Shown: positions 9,613-19,568, counted from the first letter of the stretch. The stretch is DNA of 64,000 nt from an uncultured delta proteobacterium (GCA_963713045.1 CAVQKE010000004.1:384001-448000), one strand, 5' to 3'. Notes: a model not told the origin generated them from the sequence alone. Numbers and translations are program-made.

Positions 9613-12600
9613 TTAGGGGGCCGTGCTAAAATCCCACAAGAGGCTCCTGGCGATGGAGCTGTTGACCGGCGTCGGGGGACGCGCCAACTCATCCACACTG
9701 CTCAGCGGGGCGTAGCCCTGCACGTGCCAGCTGTAACTGGCGTTGTTTGGAAAGGCGAGTCCGGCAGAACTGAGGTCGGGCATGGTCACCGCTGGCGATG
9801 CGGACCAGATGTTGTAGGTGGGCGGCCCTTCGCTGCCAATACTGAAGTGGTAAATGCCACTGGGGAAGCTGGTGCAGCTGAAGCTGGTCGACGTGGTGAC
9901 GCCAGTCGTGCCATTGGGCGGTGTCTCAAGCACCGGGGAGGCGGAAACGGCCACCGAGAGGTTGGCGGTGTTGGCGTCGAGTCCGCCGACGGTTGTGGTT
10001 TGGCTGTTGCCCAGGGTGTCGTCGGTGAAGAATTGGACCAGGAGCGTGGTGCCGGGAATGGCGGGCGTCCCGAAGGAAAAGGGGAATGCGCCGGGCGTGT
10101 TGGTTTCGTAGAAGGCATAGCCATAGTTGAGGACGTTGCCCGTCGTCCCATCCGGCACCAGGGTCACAGAAATGTCCTGCACCAGCCCCCCGGCAGGGGG
10201 AGTGACGGTGCCGGACAGCGTTCCGGTGCTGACCGGCGAGAGGTCCACGTTGACGTTGACGGTTGCCCCATCCTTGAGGGTGATGCCAGTGAGCGTGCCG
10301 TAACCGGTGAAGTTGACCGGCAGGGTTCCACCATCGGTGAGGTAGCTCTGCAGCAAATAGATGCCGCCGGTGGTGGACACCGGGCCTCCCCAGTTGACGA
10401 ACAAGGTCGCCGTCCCGTTGGCCGTGGTCGCGGCCGTGGTCGAGGTTTGCGGCGAAACGAAGGCGGCGTAGGTGGAGTAAAAGGCTGGCTGCGGAAAAAC
10501 GCCGCCATCGACCACCGTCACGTTGAGAGTCGCCGAGTACAGCGGTCCGCCGATTGGCAGCTGGATGACGGGGTTGCTGATGGTCAATCCCTCGTAGGTG
10601 ACTGCGTTGGTGCTTGGCAGGTCCACCGCCGACAGGGTGTAGGGGGCAACAACGTCCGGCACGCTGAAGCCACCATCGGCGCCGCTGGTGGCGTTTGCGG
10701 TGCCGAACGCGTCGAGAACCACGATGCCTTCCCCCGCCAACGGGGTGCCCATCGAATTCACCACCGTGCCGGCGACAGTAAATCCGCCGTCGGGCGCGGC
10801 GACGGGCTGCGCCGCCACGCGCAAGGAAACAGCAAAGTTGTTGAAGGTGTCCACCAAGTAGACATCCGAAACACTCGGCGCCGAGACGAGGCGCGAGCTG
10901 GTCGGGTCCGTCACCCGCGGGTAGACGTACAGCCACAAGGGCTGCAGGTTGGGCCCAAAGGCGAGGACGCCCACCCCCAACGTCGCACTGGAAAGCAGCA
11001 CTGCGAAGCTGCCGTCCGAGGCGGAGTAGGTGCTTTCGGCCAAGACCGAAGCGAGGGCGTTGTCCGCGGTGTCATAGAGGCCGGCGATGGGGGTGATGAC
11101 GTCGGGAGCCGTGGCGTTGAGCGACCACAGCTCGAAATTGGTGTACGGCGGCGCGTTGTTGAGGGTGACGACTTTCCCACCGGGCAATGCCGCCACCACT
11201 TCGGCCTGGACGGTGGAGGGACTTGCAGCGGGCGCCGTGTACGCCCCGAGGATGGTGCTGTTCGGCCCGACTCGGTAGATGGGGTACACCGGTGGCAGGA
11301 CAGCCGTCAGGCTACAGTCGGAGGTGAGTTGGACGACGAAGGTGCCATCTCCCACCGCCAGCAACTTGTCGATGGCGGTAATGGTGCAGCCGTTGACGTC
11401 CACCGTTGGGCCGAAGCTGACCGTCCCCTGGTTGAGGTCCACCAAGTTCCAGCTGCTGCCGCAGAGGTTGACGTTGGGCGAGAGATAGCGGCCCCCGGCA
11501 CCGGCGACCACCCCCGGTGTCGGCGGCCCGGTGGAGGCAAGTCCGCTGCTCGCGGTGACGCTGGTCAGCTGCGGCGTAAAGCAGGTGAGACTCTCGACAT
11601 TCATCAAGGAACAGCCGGTCACTGAGTCCTGGAGGCACACCAGGTTGTCCACCCGGCTGAGGGGTGCGTTGGCGGTGGCCGGGCCACCGGCGGCGGTGAC
11701 GACGCCCGCGTCCACATTGGGCGCTGGGGCCAGAAGCAGGGTGGAGGGCCCCGCGTCGAAGGCGAAGGCCAGGGTTTCGCCCAGCGCATTCAGCCCCCGG
11801 GGGATGTAGCCCCCGTCAAGCACCGCCGGGTTGAAGCCGTAAAAGATGCCGTCATCTCGGCCGAGGACGCCTGGAAGCCAGGCTCCACTGGCGCCTCCAC
11901 CGGCGGTGGTGGACAGCGGGAGCTCCAGCCCGTGACTGAAGGCCACCGGCTGCGCCGCCCACTGCAGGGGCGTACTGGACGCGGGCTGCCCGGGAATAAA
12001 CCGGTCCCACACCACCCGGTTGAGGTCCACGCCCAAGTCCACCTCGGTGGTATTGCCGCTGCTGGCGGCGGTGGCGGTGACGGTGAGGCGCATCATTTCT
12101 TCGGTGTCGGTGAGGACTTCAATCGGCACCGGTGGGCCGGCCGCGTCGTAGGCGTAGTTGTCCGTCCCCAGCCCCGGCGTTTGGGCGAAGAAGGCAAGGT
12201 AGGTGCCTGCGTCGGCCGTCGCCGTCACCTGGCCGGACACGCTGCCCAGGGTGACGATGGGGAAGGACTGCAGCGGAACGCCGGACGTCACCGTCACGCT
12301 GTAGGGGGCCTTGGGCTGGGCGGTCGGCGGATACTGGATGGTCAGCTGGGGCCCGGCGGTATTCAGGTAGACCTGCACGGCCGCTTGTTGACCCGCGTCG
12401 GAATTGCTGAAGGCTTGCACTGCCAACTGCAACAGGCCCGCGTCCGAGGTGGGGCTGGACTGAAGCAGGTCCTGGCACTGCGTGAAGTTGACGTTGGCCA
12501 CGTAGGGCGCGGCAGTCCAGGTGTAGATAGTCCGGGCCCCGCCGTCCAAGGGGCCGCACAGCACGCTGACGCTGGCGATTCCGTCCACCGAAGTGGCCGC

Positions 12601-12798
12601 CACCGACACCTGGGCAGTGAGGTTGATGGTGTCGCCGTTTTTCGGCGTCAGGATTTGCAGCGAGGGCGCTGGCGGCGTCTGCGGGAGGGTGGGCAGGTCC
12701 AGATTGAGGCAGCCCACAACAACGAGAAAAGCGAAGACGGCCGCCCACGGGGCGGCGCTTCTGCCGGACCGCTCAGCACGTCGCCTCTCTGCGCGCAC
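9613..12798 (-). CDS. Large modular lipoprotein (Ig-like, propeller-like and carboxypeptidase-regulatory-like beta domains)
   Basis: Basic N-region, hydrophobic AAVFAFLVVVG-C lipobox, Thr/Ser/Val-rich beta sequence with paired Cys. Start uncertain (GTG 12798 or ATG 12843). Confidence 0.8.
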   Translation of the reverse strand: MRAERRRAERSGRSAAPWAAVFAFLVVVGCLNLDLPTLPQTPPAPSLQILTPKNGDTINLTAQVSVAATSVDGIASVSVLCGPLDGGARTIYTWTAAPYVANVNFTQCQDLLQSSPTSDAGLLQLAVQAFSNSDAGQQAAVQVYLNTAGPQLTIQYPPTAQPKAPYSVTVTSGVPLQSFPIVTLGSVSGQVTATADAGTYLAFFAQTPGLGTDNYAYDAAGPPVPIEVLTDTEEMMRLTVTATAASSGNTTEVDLGVDLNRVVWDRFIPGQPASSTPLQWAAQPVAFSHGLELPLSTTAGGGASGAWLPGVLGRDDGIFYGFNPAVLDGGYIPRGLNALGETLAFAFDAGPSTLLLAPAPNVDAGVVTAAGGPATANAPLSRVDNLVCLQDSVTGCSLMNVESLTCFTPQLTSVTASSGLASTGPPTPGVVAGAGGRYLSPNVNLCGSSWNLVDLNQGTVSFGPTVDVNGCTITAIDKLLAVGDGTFVVQLTSDCSLTAVLPPVYPIYRVGPNSTILGAYTAPAASPSTVQAEVVAALPGGKVVTLNNAPPYTNFELWSLNATAPDVITPIAGLYDTADNALASVLAESTYSASDGSFAVLLSSATLGVGVLAFGPNLQPLWLYVYPRVTDPTSSRLVSAPSVSDVYLVDTFNNFAVSLRVAAQPVAAPDGGFTVAGTVVNSMGTPLAGEGIVVLDAFGTANATSGADGGFSVPDVVAPYTLSAVDLPSTNAVTYEGLTISNPVIQLPIGGPLYSATLNVTVVDGGVFPQPAFYSTYAAFVSPQTSTTAATTANGTATLFVNWGGPVSTTGGIYLLQSYLTDGGTLPVNFTGYGTLTGITLKDGATVNVNVDLSPVSTGTLSGTVTPPAGGLVQDISVTLVPDGTTGNVLNYGYAFYETNTPGAFPFSFGTPAIPGTTLLVQFFTDDTLGNSQTTTVGGLDANTANLSVAVSASPVLETPPNGTTGVTTSTSFSCTSFPSGIYHFSIGSEGPPTYNIWSASPAVTMPDLSSAGLAFPNNASYSWHVQGYAPLSSVDELARPPTPVNSSIARSLLWDFSTAP

Positions 12799-12887
12799 CA
12801 GGAAGACATCCCCCCTTCGCAGCGCCGGGCCTCCGTATAGCATGAGACGCTTCGGGAAAGGGGCCGACGCGGGCGGCCCCGGGGCGC

Positions 12888-15035
12888 CTAGAAGTCGATG
12901 CCGGCAGGCGCTGGCCGCGGAAGCGTCATTTGAAGTCGTGTCCCATCGACTTTCACCCCGTAGAAGAGCTGATAGAGGTAGAGGTCGGCCACGACCTGCT
13001 TCACGTAGGCCCGCGTCTCCTTGTAGGGAAGCGACTCGACGAAGAGGTCGACCGGGAGGGCGCCGTATTGGCTGGCCCACTGGAGTGTCACCGCCGGGCC
13101 GGCGTTGTAGGCGGCGGCCACCAGCACCGGGTGCACGAAGCGCTTGGAGAGTTGAGACACGTACCAGGCGGAGAGGTCGAGGTTCAGCTCGGGCCGGTAG
13201 AGCTCATCCGGCTCCGGTGCCTCGCGCTGCAACTCCCGAGCGATGGCGGTGGCGGTGCGCGCCATCAGCTGCATCAACCCGCGGGCGCGCGCCGCGCTCA
13301 GGCGGTCCGGTTGAAATGCGCTTTCCCGGCGCATCATCGCGTAGAGGATGCCGGATGAGACGCCGGCCGCGCGGGCCGTCTCGTCGACGTGGGCGGCATA
13401 GGGGCGTGGGTACAAGAGGGCGAGTGAAACGGCGTCCTTCTGAGAGTAGGCACGGCCCCAGAGAAGTCGGTTGGCCAGCCCATAGGCTGCCCAGGCCTCG
13501 CCCAGGAGCGCGAGCGAGGTGCCCACGCGCAAGGCCTGGTCCGGGGTGTGGACTTGTCCGAGGCGGCTGCGGAGCTCCTCGGCTGCCTCCCGCCACAGTC
13601 CAGCCGCAGCCAGCGCCCGCGGAAGTGCCAGTTCCGGACTGGCCGGCGCCTGCGCTGGAAGCCTGGGCCGCTCGGTGAACAGCGGTGGAGGTTTGCTGCC
13701 CAGCTCGCGCATGCGCTCGCTGGCGGCCAGGGCATAGAAGCTGGCGGGGTAGGTGCGGACAATGTCCAGGTAGTCATCGGTGGCGTTGCCGCCGGACAGG
13801 TGCTTCACCCGTGCCCGCCAGTAGCGCGCCTGGGAAACCAAGCTGCTCTTCGGGTACCGCTCAATGAGCTCGCGCAGCGCCCGGTCCGCCTCAGCCCAGT
13901 TGGCGAGGCGAATCCACGCCAGCGCGCGGAACCAGCATGCGTCGTCGCGGCGGTGGGACTCGGGGTGCTTCTTCTCGAAGGCTTCCAACGCTTGTGCGGC
14001 GACGGCGTTTTTTCCGTCTTGGAGGGCAATCCAGCCGATGAAGTAGTCGGCCTCCTCCGAGGCCAGCTCGGCTGGGTACCTGTGCGAGACCTCCTGAAAT
14101 TTGAGAAGGGCGCCGGCATTGTCATTCAATCGCAACAGCCGGCGGGCTCGGACGAGCAGCGCCTCGGAAGCGGTGGCCGGTGGGCCTTGCGCTGCCACTT
14201 CCAACGCCGCGTCTCCCTCCTCCACCCGGCCGAGTGGGTAGAGCGCCTGAGCACGAAAGAGGGCGAGCTGGGCCTTGCCGGCGGCATCTCGGGCGAGGCC
14301 GTTGCTGTCGATGCGCTCCACCTCGGCCAGGGCTTGGCGGGCGTCCCCGGCGTCGAGGAAGGCCTTGGCTCGCCCCAGTCGCTCCTCCAGGGTAAGCGCC
14401 ACCGCTGGAGCCGAGCTGCCGCGCAGCTGGGCGTCGACCTGCAGGGCGGCCGGCGAGCGAGGGTAGCGGACGAGGAGGACGTGCAGGTCCGCCTGGGCGC
14501 CGGGGAGGTCTCCCAGTTGCGCCCGCGCCTCCGCCCGGGAGGAAAGCAGTTCCGGGCCGCCCACCTGCGCCAGCCCTCGTTCTAAGAGCGGCAGGGCTTG
14601 TCCGGGCTCATGCGCCAGCAGCAACGCTTCGCCAGCCCGGGCTGCGGCGCGCCCGGCGACCGCTCCCGGTGCCGAAGAGGCGTCGATGAAATGGGCCGCC
14701 GCGCCGCGGTAGTCGCGCAGGTAGAACAGGGCCTCTCCCAGCGCGAAGTCCCGGTACGGCACAAGCAGCGGCGGGGCTGCAAAGCGCCGTAAGGCGGCCA
14801 GGGCCTGGGCGGCCTCACCGCGCGACAGCAGCAGTTCGCCCAACAGCAGCGAAAGTCGGCCCGCGTCGGGGCAGCCACGTTTCACGCAGGCAGCAAGCTC
14901 GGCCTGCGCCAGCTCCAGCGCCTCCGGGCGTTGGAGCCGGGCTGCCTCGAGGAGCTTGTCGGACTGGGCCGAGACCGGGCTGGGCCCCAAGAGAAGCGCT
15001 CCAAGCAGCACGAGCGCCAGCACATCGCGGGTCAC
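12888..15035 (-). CDS. Soluble lytic transglycosylase (Slt-like) with TPR repeats
   Basis: Signal peptide, TPR/YfiO-like repeats, SLT motifs MRRESAF, ARGLMQLM, AAYNAGP, LPYKETRAYV. Start at GTG 15035 is inferred. Confidence 0.92.
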   Translation of the reverse strand: MTRDVLALVLLGALLLGPSPVSAQSDKLLEAARLQRPEALELAQAELAACVKRGCPDAGRLSLLLGELLLSRGEAAQALAALRRFAAPPLLVPYRDFALGEALFYLRDYRGAAAHFIDASSAPGAVAGRAAARAGEALLLAHEPGQALPLLERGLAQVGGPELLSSRAEARAQLGDLPGAQADLHVLLVRYPRSPAALQVDAQLRGSSAPAVALTLEERLGRAKAFLDAGDARQALAEVERIDSNGLARDAAGKAQLALFRAQALYPLGRVEEGDAALEVAAQGPPATASEALLVRARRLLRLNDNAGALLKFQEVSHRYPAELASEEADYFIGWIALQDGKNAVAAQALEAFEKKHPESHRRDDACWFRALAWIRLANWAEADRALRELIERYPKSSLVSQARYWRARVKHLSGGNATDDYLDIVRTYPASFYALAASERMRELGSKPPPLFTERPRLPAQAPASPELALPRALAAAGLWREAAEELRSRLGQVHTPDQALRVGTSLALLGEAWAAYGLANRLLWGRAYSQKDAVSLALLYPRPYAAHVDETARAAGVSSGILYAMMRRESAFQPDRLSAARARGLMQLMARTATAIARELQREAPEPDELYRPELNLDLSAWYVSQLSKRFVHPVLVAAAYNAGPAVTLQWASQYGALPVDLFVESLPYKETRAYVKQVVADLYLYQLFYGVKVDGTRLQMTLPRPAPAGIDF

Positions 15036-15240
15036 AGTCCGAAGGGTGTACCAAGGCGCGCCCCACCCGTCGAACAAGTGACGCTTCCAGAGGCCGGCAA
15101 CCACCCTGGCCGGGTAGGCCTCTGTCCTACGCGGTCGCTCGTTGGAGGCGGCGGTGGGCAGAGCCGGGGGTGGCTTGGCAGGCTGTCCCTTTTCCAAGCG
15201 CTGCCGCCGACGCTTCTGGACGGCGTTGCCTGCCGTCGCG

Positions 15241-15834
15241 TTATGGCTCGCTGGGCACTCCATTCGGGCAGTACAACAGTCCGGCGCTGGGCCCCGCGTC
15301 GTACTGGCAGCTCCAACCGGCGTTGGTGGGGAAGCTGACGGCGACTGCCAAGCCCGCGTCGGAGAGTGTCCCCGTCGGTTCGAGGCTCACCGTCAGCATG
15401 CCCTGGGGCGAGGGCCAAGCCGTGCCTCCGTCCGTCGGCACCGCGACGCCCGCGTCGGTGAGGATGAGGCTGAAGCTTCCGACGCTGCCGCTGGCGCCAG
15501 ACGTCTGCGTCCATTGGCTGCCGCCGGTGGCCGCTTCCTGCACCACGGTGGTGGCCCCGCTTCCGTTGGTTTCATCGTAGGTGATGGCCTGCAGCGACGT
15601 GCCAGGCAGCGTGGCGTAGAAGGCCAGCGCCGGGAAGTCGCCCGCGGGCGACTGGATGAAGAAACTGACGCCCTGGGGTGATGCGGTGGCGCCGAGCGCC
15701 ACCACCACCGAGCCGCACAGGGCGCCGCAGATGTAGGCCGTCCCTTGCGGCGTTGCCGGGACGCTGGTGTGGCAGGCCGTCGCCGTGGCCAGCAGGAAGG
15801 AAGAAAGAATTCGCGCGGAGATTTTGACACGCAT
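15241..15834 (-). CDS. Hypothetical lipoprotein
   Basis: MRVKISARILSSFLLATATA-C lipobox-like signal; Gly/Thr/Ser-rich mature part with two Cys pairs. Confidence 0.7.
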   Translation of the reverse strand: MRVKISARILSSFLLATATACHTSVPATPQGTAYICGALCGSVVVALGATASPQGVSFFIQSPAGDFPALAFYATLPGTSLQAITYDETNGSGATTVVQEAATGGSQWTQTSGASGSVGSFSLILTDAGVAVPTDGGTAWPSPQGMLTVSLEPTGTLSDAGLAVAVSFPTNAGWSCQYDAGPSAGLLYCPNGVPSEP

Positions 15835-16114
15835 GGCTGCCCCGGCTGGCCCCCGGGGTGGCAGGGGCAAGCGGAGTGGGCCAAGCGAAGGTAGCCGGCA
15901 CCTCCGTCGGTCAGCCAGCGCGTCCCCAGGGCTGCGGTTGGTGTGGAACGCCAATCGAAGTCGCCGTCAAGCCCAGGTGCTGGTGGTGGCCGTCGCCTGC
16001 GAACGCTTCAACATTGCTTGGGTTTGTCCTAACGCGCCGCAGCAACCACAGGAGGGGGGCAGGCTGTAGGCCTCGCGACCTCCGCTGATGTTTGAAGACT
16101 TCAGGCCAGCCGCT

Positions 16115-16144
16115 TTGACAAGGCTAGCCGCTGTTGCCTAAACA
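16115..16144 (+). promoter_or_regulatory. Candidate sigma70 promoter for the small Cys-rich gene
   Basis: Perfect TTGACA at 16115-16120, 18-nt spacer, weak -10 TAAACA. Confidence 0.35.
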
Positions 16145-16306
16145 CACGCGCGGTCCGGGAGGTGAGGAGAGGTGTCCTCCCGGAGGCGAGGGGAACCATT
16201 GGGGACCATCTTGGGGTCCAATGTGGGCATTCGTGCTCCGAACGCGCTTCGGCAGCGCCCCGCCACACCCGAGTTGCATTCGCACGGCCAAGGAGGCGTT
16301 TGCCCG

Positions 16307-16540
16307 ATGAAACCCTGCCCCACTGACTTGCCTCAAACCATCAACCCCGAAGCGGGGCCGAAGCGAGCCGGCGTGGAAATGCACCGGAACTTCAACTGCC
16401 ACCAGTACGACAATTGCCTCGACGAGGCCGTGCGGCGGGGATGGCAAAGCTTCACCTGCGTGAAGTGCCCCCATTACGCCAGCGCTGCGACCCCGGCTCT
16501 CGGCCTGGAGGCGTACGCCACCCAGCGCCGTGCCATTTAG
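16307..16540 (+). CDS. Small 77-aa protein with C-x5-C-x13-C-x2-C motif
   Basis: AAGGAGG SD then ATG; RNFNCHQYDNCLDEAVRRGWQSFTCVKC. Confidence 0.8.
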   Translation: MKPCPTDLPQTINPEAGPKRAGVEMHRNFNCHQYDNCLDEAVRRGWQSFTCVKCPHYASAATPALGLEAYATQRRAI

Positions 16541-16576
16541 CTGGCTGTCCCTTCGGGACTGCGGACCCCGGCCTCT

Positions 16577-18127
16577 CTAGTTGTGCCGGTCGGCGTAGAT
16601 GACGACCACCCAGTACCTCTCGCTGCCGCTCGGACCAGGGCCGGCGGGGACGGCGCCGACGCCAACCAGATTCTTCCGCCCATCTGCCACGCCACGCGTC
16701 TTGGGAAGTTGCGACAAGTCCTCGGCCACGAAGAGGTCGGCGCTGGTGGACTCAACGCCGCGCAGTGACTCGGAGACGCGCGCGTGCAGCCGCTCCGGTG
16801 CCAGCAGGCGCTCGGTGTGGGGGTCATCCGCGTCCAGCGCGATGCGGGCCTGCTCGACTGCCAAGGCTTCCAGCTGTGGGCTGCGCGCCAGCACCGGCAG
16901 CCCCAGCGCGGCGCGCTGCTCTGCAATGCGGCGGTAGGTGTCGCCGACCGGGTCGCCGGAGCGGGTGTCCGGTGCCGCCAGGACTTCCACCACCAGCGTC
17001 TGGCTGCGCCCGCCGTAGCTTTCCACCGCCACCCCCACGCCGAGGCGCGAGAACACCGGGAGCAGGAGGTTTCGGCGGTGGCCTGGGCTTTCCTCGACGC
17101 TGCTGTGCGCGGCCAGGGGCCCGGTACCGGCCCGTCCGAGGTTTTCCCCGTTGGCCCGGAAGGCGTACCCGGCGGCGCGCAGACGCTCGCTGAGTGAATC
17201 GCCCTCCGGCGCGACGTGGGCGAAGAAGTGCCCCAGCGCCATGCGCTCGGCATAGGCCTGCGCCACGGCGTCCAGGCGGGCGTCTGCTGTCACGGCCGAC
17301 GCCCCGTTGGCGGTGCGCAGGGCGTTGATGCGGGCCAGAAGGAGGCTGCGCGCCTCGGACAGGGTGGCCGGTTCGCTGAAGCTTGCCCGAGGCGCCGCCC
17401 CGCGGGCGAGGGAGCTGGAGGACGTCGCGCCCGGCTGCTCCCCCACGTCCACTTGGAAGAGGGCCGCGACTTCAGGGCCGGACGGCCCCGTCCCCAGCAC
17501 CTCGACGGCGTAGCGGCCCGGCGTCGGGAAGCCGACGGTTGCGCAGAAGCCACTTGTGGTGGCGCGCACCCGCGCTTCCTTCTCCACCAGGCCGGTGGGA
17601 AGGGTGACGAAGACTTCGGGCGTCCCCAGCGGCGCCCAGAGCTCTCCACAAAGCTCGTGCACTCCCGGCAGCTTTGGCTTCCGAGGGAACGGCCGAAGGT
17701 CTGCCTTTCGCTCGGCGAGGACGAGGGCAATGACGCCGTGGTTCGGGTCCCCGACCACCGCCAGCCCGGCGTGGGACGCCGGGTCCAGGCCCAAGTCGGT
17801 GCGCCTCTGGAAAGCCAGCAGCCCATCCTCGAGGGGTGCCGCGCGAATAATCCACACCTTCGGCTGAGCGTCCCAGGCGCCTGCCCGGCTCATCGCCTCG
17901 GTGACGCGCTCGGGTTCGGCCGAGGCGGCGGCCGGGGCGGTGGAGGCCAGGGCGTCGGCGGCCAGGGAACGGGCTGCGGCGCACAGCGCGGGGTCGATTC
18001 GAGGGGACGTTCGACCGATGCGCTCGAAGGCCTGGCGCAGGTGCTGGGCAACGCGCGCCTCCACCTCCGGCGCGGACGCCGGGGCGCTGGCCTGGCCGGC
18101 GAGGACGAGGAGCAGGACTGCCGTCAC
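16577..18127 (-). CDS. Exported CAP (SCP-like) domain protein
   Basis: INALR, FFAHVAPEG, GENLG and SPGHRRNLL are CAP motifs; additional degenerate CAP-like segments; GTG overlaps the upstream stop (GTGA). Confidence 0.85.
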   Translation of the reverse strand: MTAVLLLVLAGQASAPASAPEVEARVAQHLRQAFERIGRTSPRIDPALCAAARSLAADALASTAPAAASAEPERVTEAMSRAGAWDAQPKVWIIRAAPLEDGLLAFQRRTDLGLDPASHAGLAVVGDPNHGVIALVLAERKADLRPFPRKPKLPGVHELCGELWAPLGTPEVFVTLPTGLVEKEARVRATTSGFCATVGFPTPGRYAVEVLGTGPSGPEVAALFQVDVGEQPGATSSSSLARGAAPRASFSEPATLSEARSLLLARINALRTANGASAVTADARLDAVAQAYAERMALGHFFAHVAPEGDSLSERLRAAGYAFRANGENLGRAGTGPLAAHSSVEESPGHRRNLLLPVFSRLGVGVAVESYGGRSQTLVVEVLAAPDTRSGDPVGDTYRRIAEQRAALGLPVLARSPQLEALAVEQARIALDADDPHTERLLAPERLHARVSESLRGVESTSADLFVAEDLSQLPKTRGVADGRKNLVGVGAVPAGPGPSGSERYWVVVIYADRHN

Positions 18128-18426
18128 GGTGCGGGCGCGCGGACCTCGAATTCGAGGCGTTCTATGGACGTGTGTCGCAGCGCGGTGTTGAGGCGGGCGC
18201 GAAGCGCGGGCTCCTCGGCCTGCAGCGTGGCTCGCCAGGCCAGGCTGGCCACCTCGACCCGAAGCACGCCCTCGCAGAGGCTGCGGGGGCGGCTGTTGTG
18301 CGCAATCGGGCCACCGATGACTTCGCGCCAAAGCGACTCCAGCGCGGCCGCGCTGCCCGAGCCACTGAGGCGGGCGAGGACGTCGGGTAGCAGCGAACGC
18401 AGCGAGACAAACTCCCGGTCAGGCAT
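18124..18426 (-). CDS. DUF721 / DciA-family protein
   Basis: LWREVIGGPIAHNSRP...GVLRVEVASLAWRATL...LRARLN...IERLEF pattern typical of DUF721. Confidence 0.8.
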   Translation of the reverse strand: MPDREFVSLRSLLPDVLARLSGSGSAAALESLWREVIGGPIAHNSRPRSLCEGVLRVEVASLAWRATLQAEEPALRARLNTALRHTSIERLEFEVRAPAP

Positions 18427-18473
18427 GGGCTGGCATTCTCGCCCAAGCGGGCGGCCGCGGGCCAGGTGGAAGG

Positions 18474-19568
18474 TTAGCCCGTGAAAACGGCTCCCCGCGC
18501 ACGCAGCAGCTGCTGCAGCATCTCTTCAATGTGCGTGCGGGTCTGTTCCACCAAGGACTCCACGATGGCCAGCGCCTCCGTCTCCGCCAGCCGTGCGGCC
18601 GGCGCCTTGAGGTGGGCGGGCAGCTCCAGGGGTGGGCCGATGCGCACCGACCACTTGGCGGGCAAAGGAATGGGCCCGAGCGGCGTGATGGGCAAGTAGG
18701 GCATTCCCAAAAAGCCCGCCGGCAGCTTGGCCAGCAAAGGGAGGGACTCTTCAGCGCCCACCATCGCCACCGGAAGAATGGGGGCTCCCGTCCGAAGGGC
18801 CAGCTTCACGAAGCCGCCACGGCCGAAGCGTTTGAGTCGGTAGCGCTCGCGAAAGGGCTTGCCGATTCCCTGGATGCCTTCCGGAAAGACGCACACCGGG
18901 CGCCCCTCCGACAACAGGCGGGTGGCATTTTCCGGCGAGGCGCGAACTGCGCCGAGGCGGTTGAGGAGCGTTCCCAACAGCGGGGCGTAGAAGACTTGGT
19001 CCTCCACCAGCCAGCGGCTGTCCAGCAGGTCCGGCCGCGTCCGCCGCAGCACCTGTTGCAGCACCGGCCCGTCAATGGGAAGCGCTCCGGCGTGGTTGGC
19101 CACCAGCAACGCGCCGCCTCGCGGGACGTGCTCCGCGCCCTCCACCGAGACGCGGAACCAGCGCGTGTAGAGGAAGTCCGCCAGTGGGGCCAGCGCCGCC
19201 TGGAGCTTCGCGTCGCCGCCGTAAATGTCGAGCTCGACGTCCGCCGGACTCCCGAGACCGGCACGGACAGCCTCAGCCGCGCTGCGGAGGACAGCCAGGG
19301 CCTGGCTGACCTCCTGGCTGGCGTTGGCCGCCCAGCCCTGGAGGCTGGGGGCTTCGTCCGGTGCAGGAGGACTGGGCGTTGGTCGGGCGGCTGGGACGGA
19401 ACGGGCTTCGCTCGCGGGCTTCGGCCGGCTCCTCGGCGGGCGTGCCGGCCGGGGGGCCTTGGGGGGCCGAGCTGCACTGGCCGCGGAAGTCGGCTTTTGC
19501 GCGTTGGCCTCCGGGCGCGGTGCAGCGGCACGCTCGAAGGGGTCATTGCCGAGGACACGCTTGGGCAT
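18474..19568 (-). CDS. Lysophospholipid/glycerol acyltransferase family protein
   Basis: VANHAGALPIDG, VFPEG, RFGRGGFVKLALRTGAPILPVAMVGAEE; disordered N-terminal 110 aa. Confidence 0.9.
   Translation of the reverse strand: MPKRVLGNDPFERAAAPRPEANAQKPTSAASAARPPKAPRPARPPRSRPKPASEARSVPAARPTPSPPAPDEAPSLQGWAANASQEVSQALAVLRSAAEAVRAGLGSPADVELDIYGGDAKLQAALAPLADFLYTRWFRVSVEGAEHVPRGGALLVANHAGALPIDGPVLQQVLRRTRPDLLDSRWLVEDQVFYAPLLGTLLNRLGAVRASPENATRLLSEGRPVCVFPEGIQGIGKPFRERYRLKRFGRGGFVKLALRTGAPILPVAMVGAEESLPLLAKLPAGFLGMPYLPITPLGPIPLPAKWSVRIGPPLELPAHLKAPAARLAETEALAIVESLVEQTRTHIEEMLQQLLRARGAVFTG

Noticed and set aside
16307..16540. Bona fide WhiB-family protein
   Set aside because: Cys spacing and order differ from C-xn-C-x2-C-x5-C, and the G[VI]WGG motif is absent.
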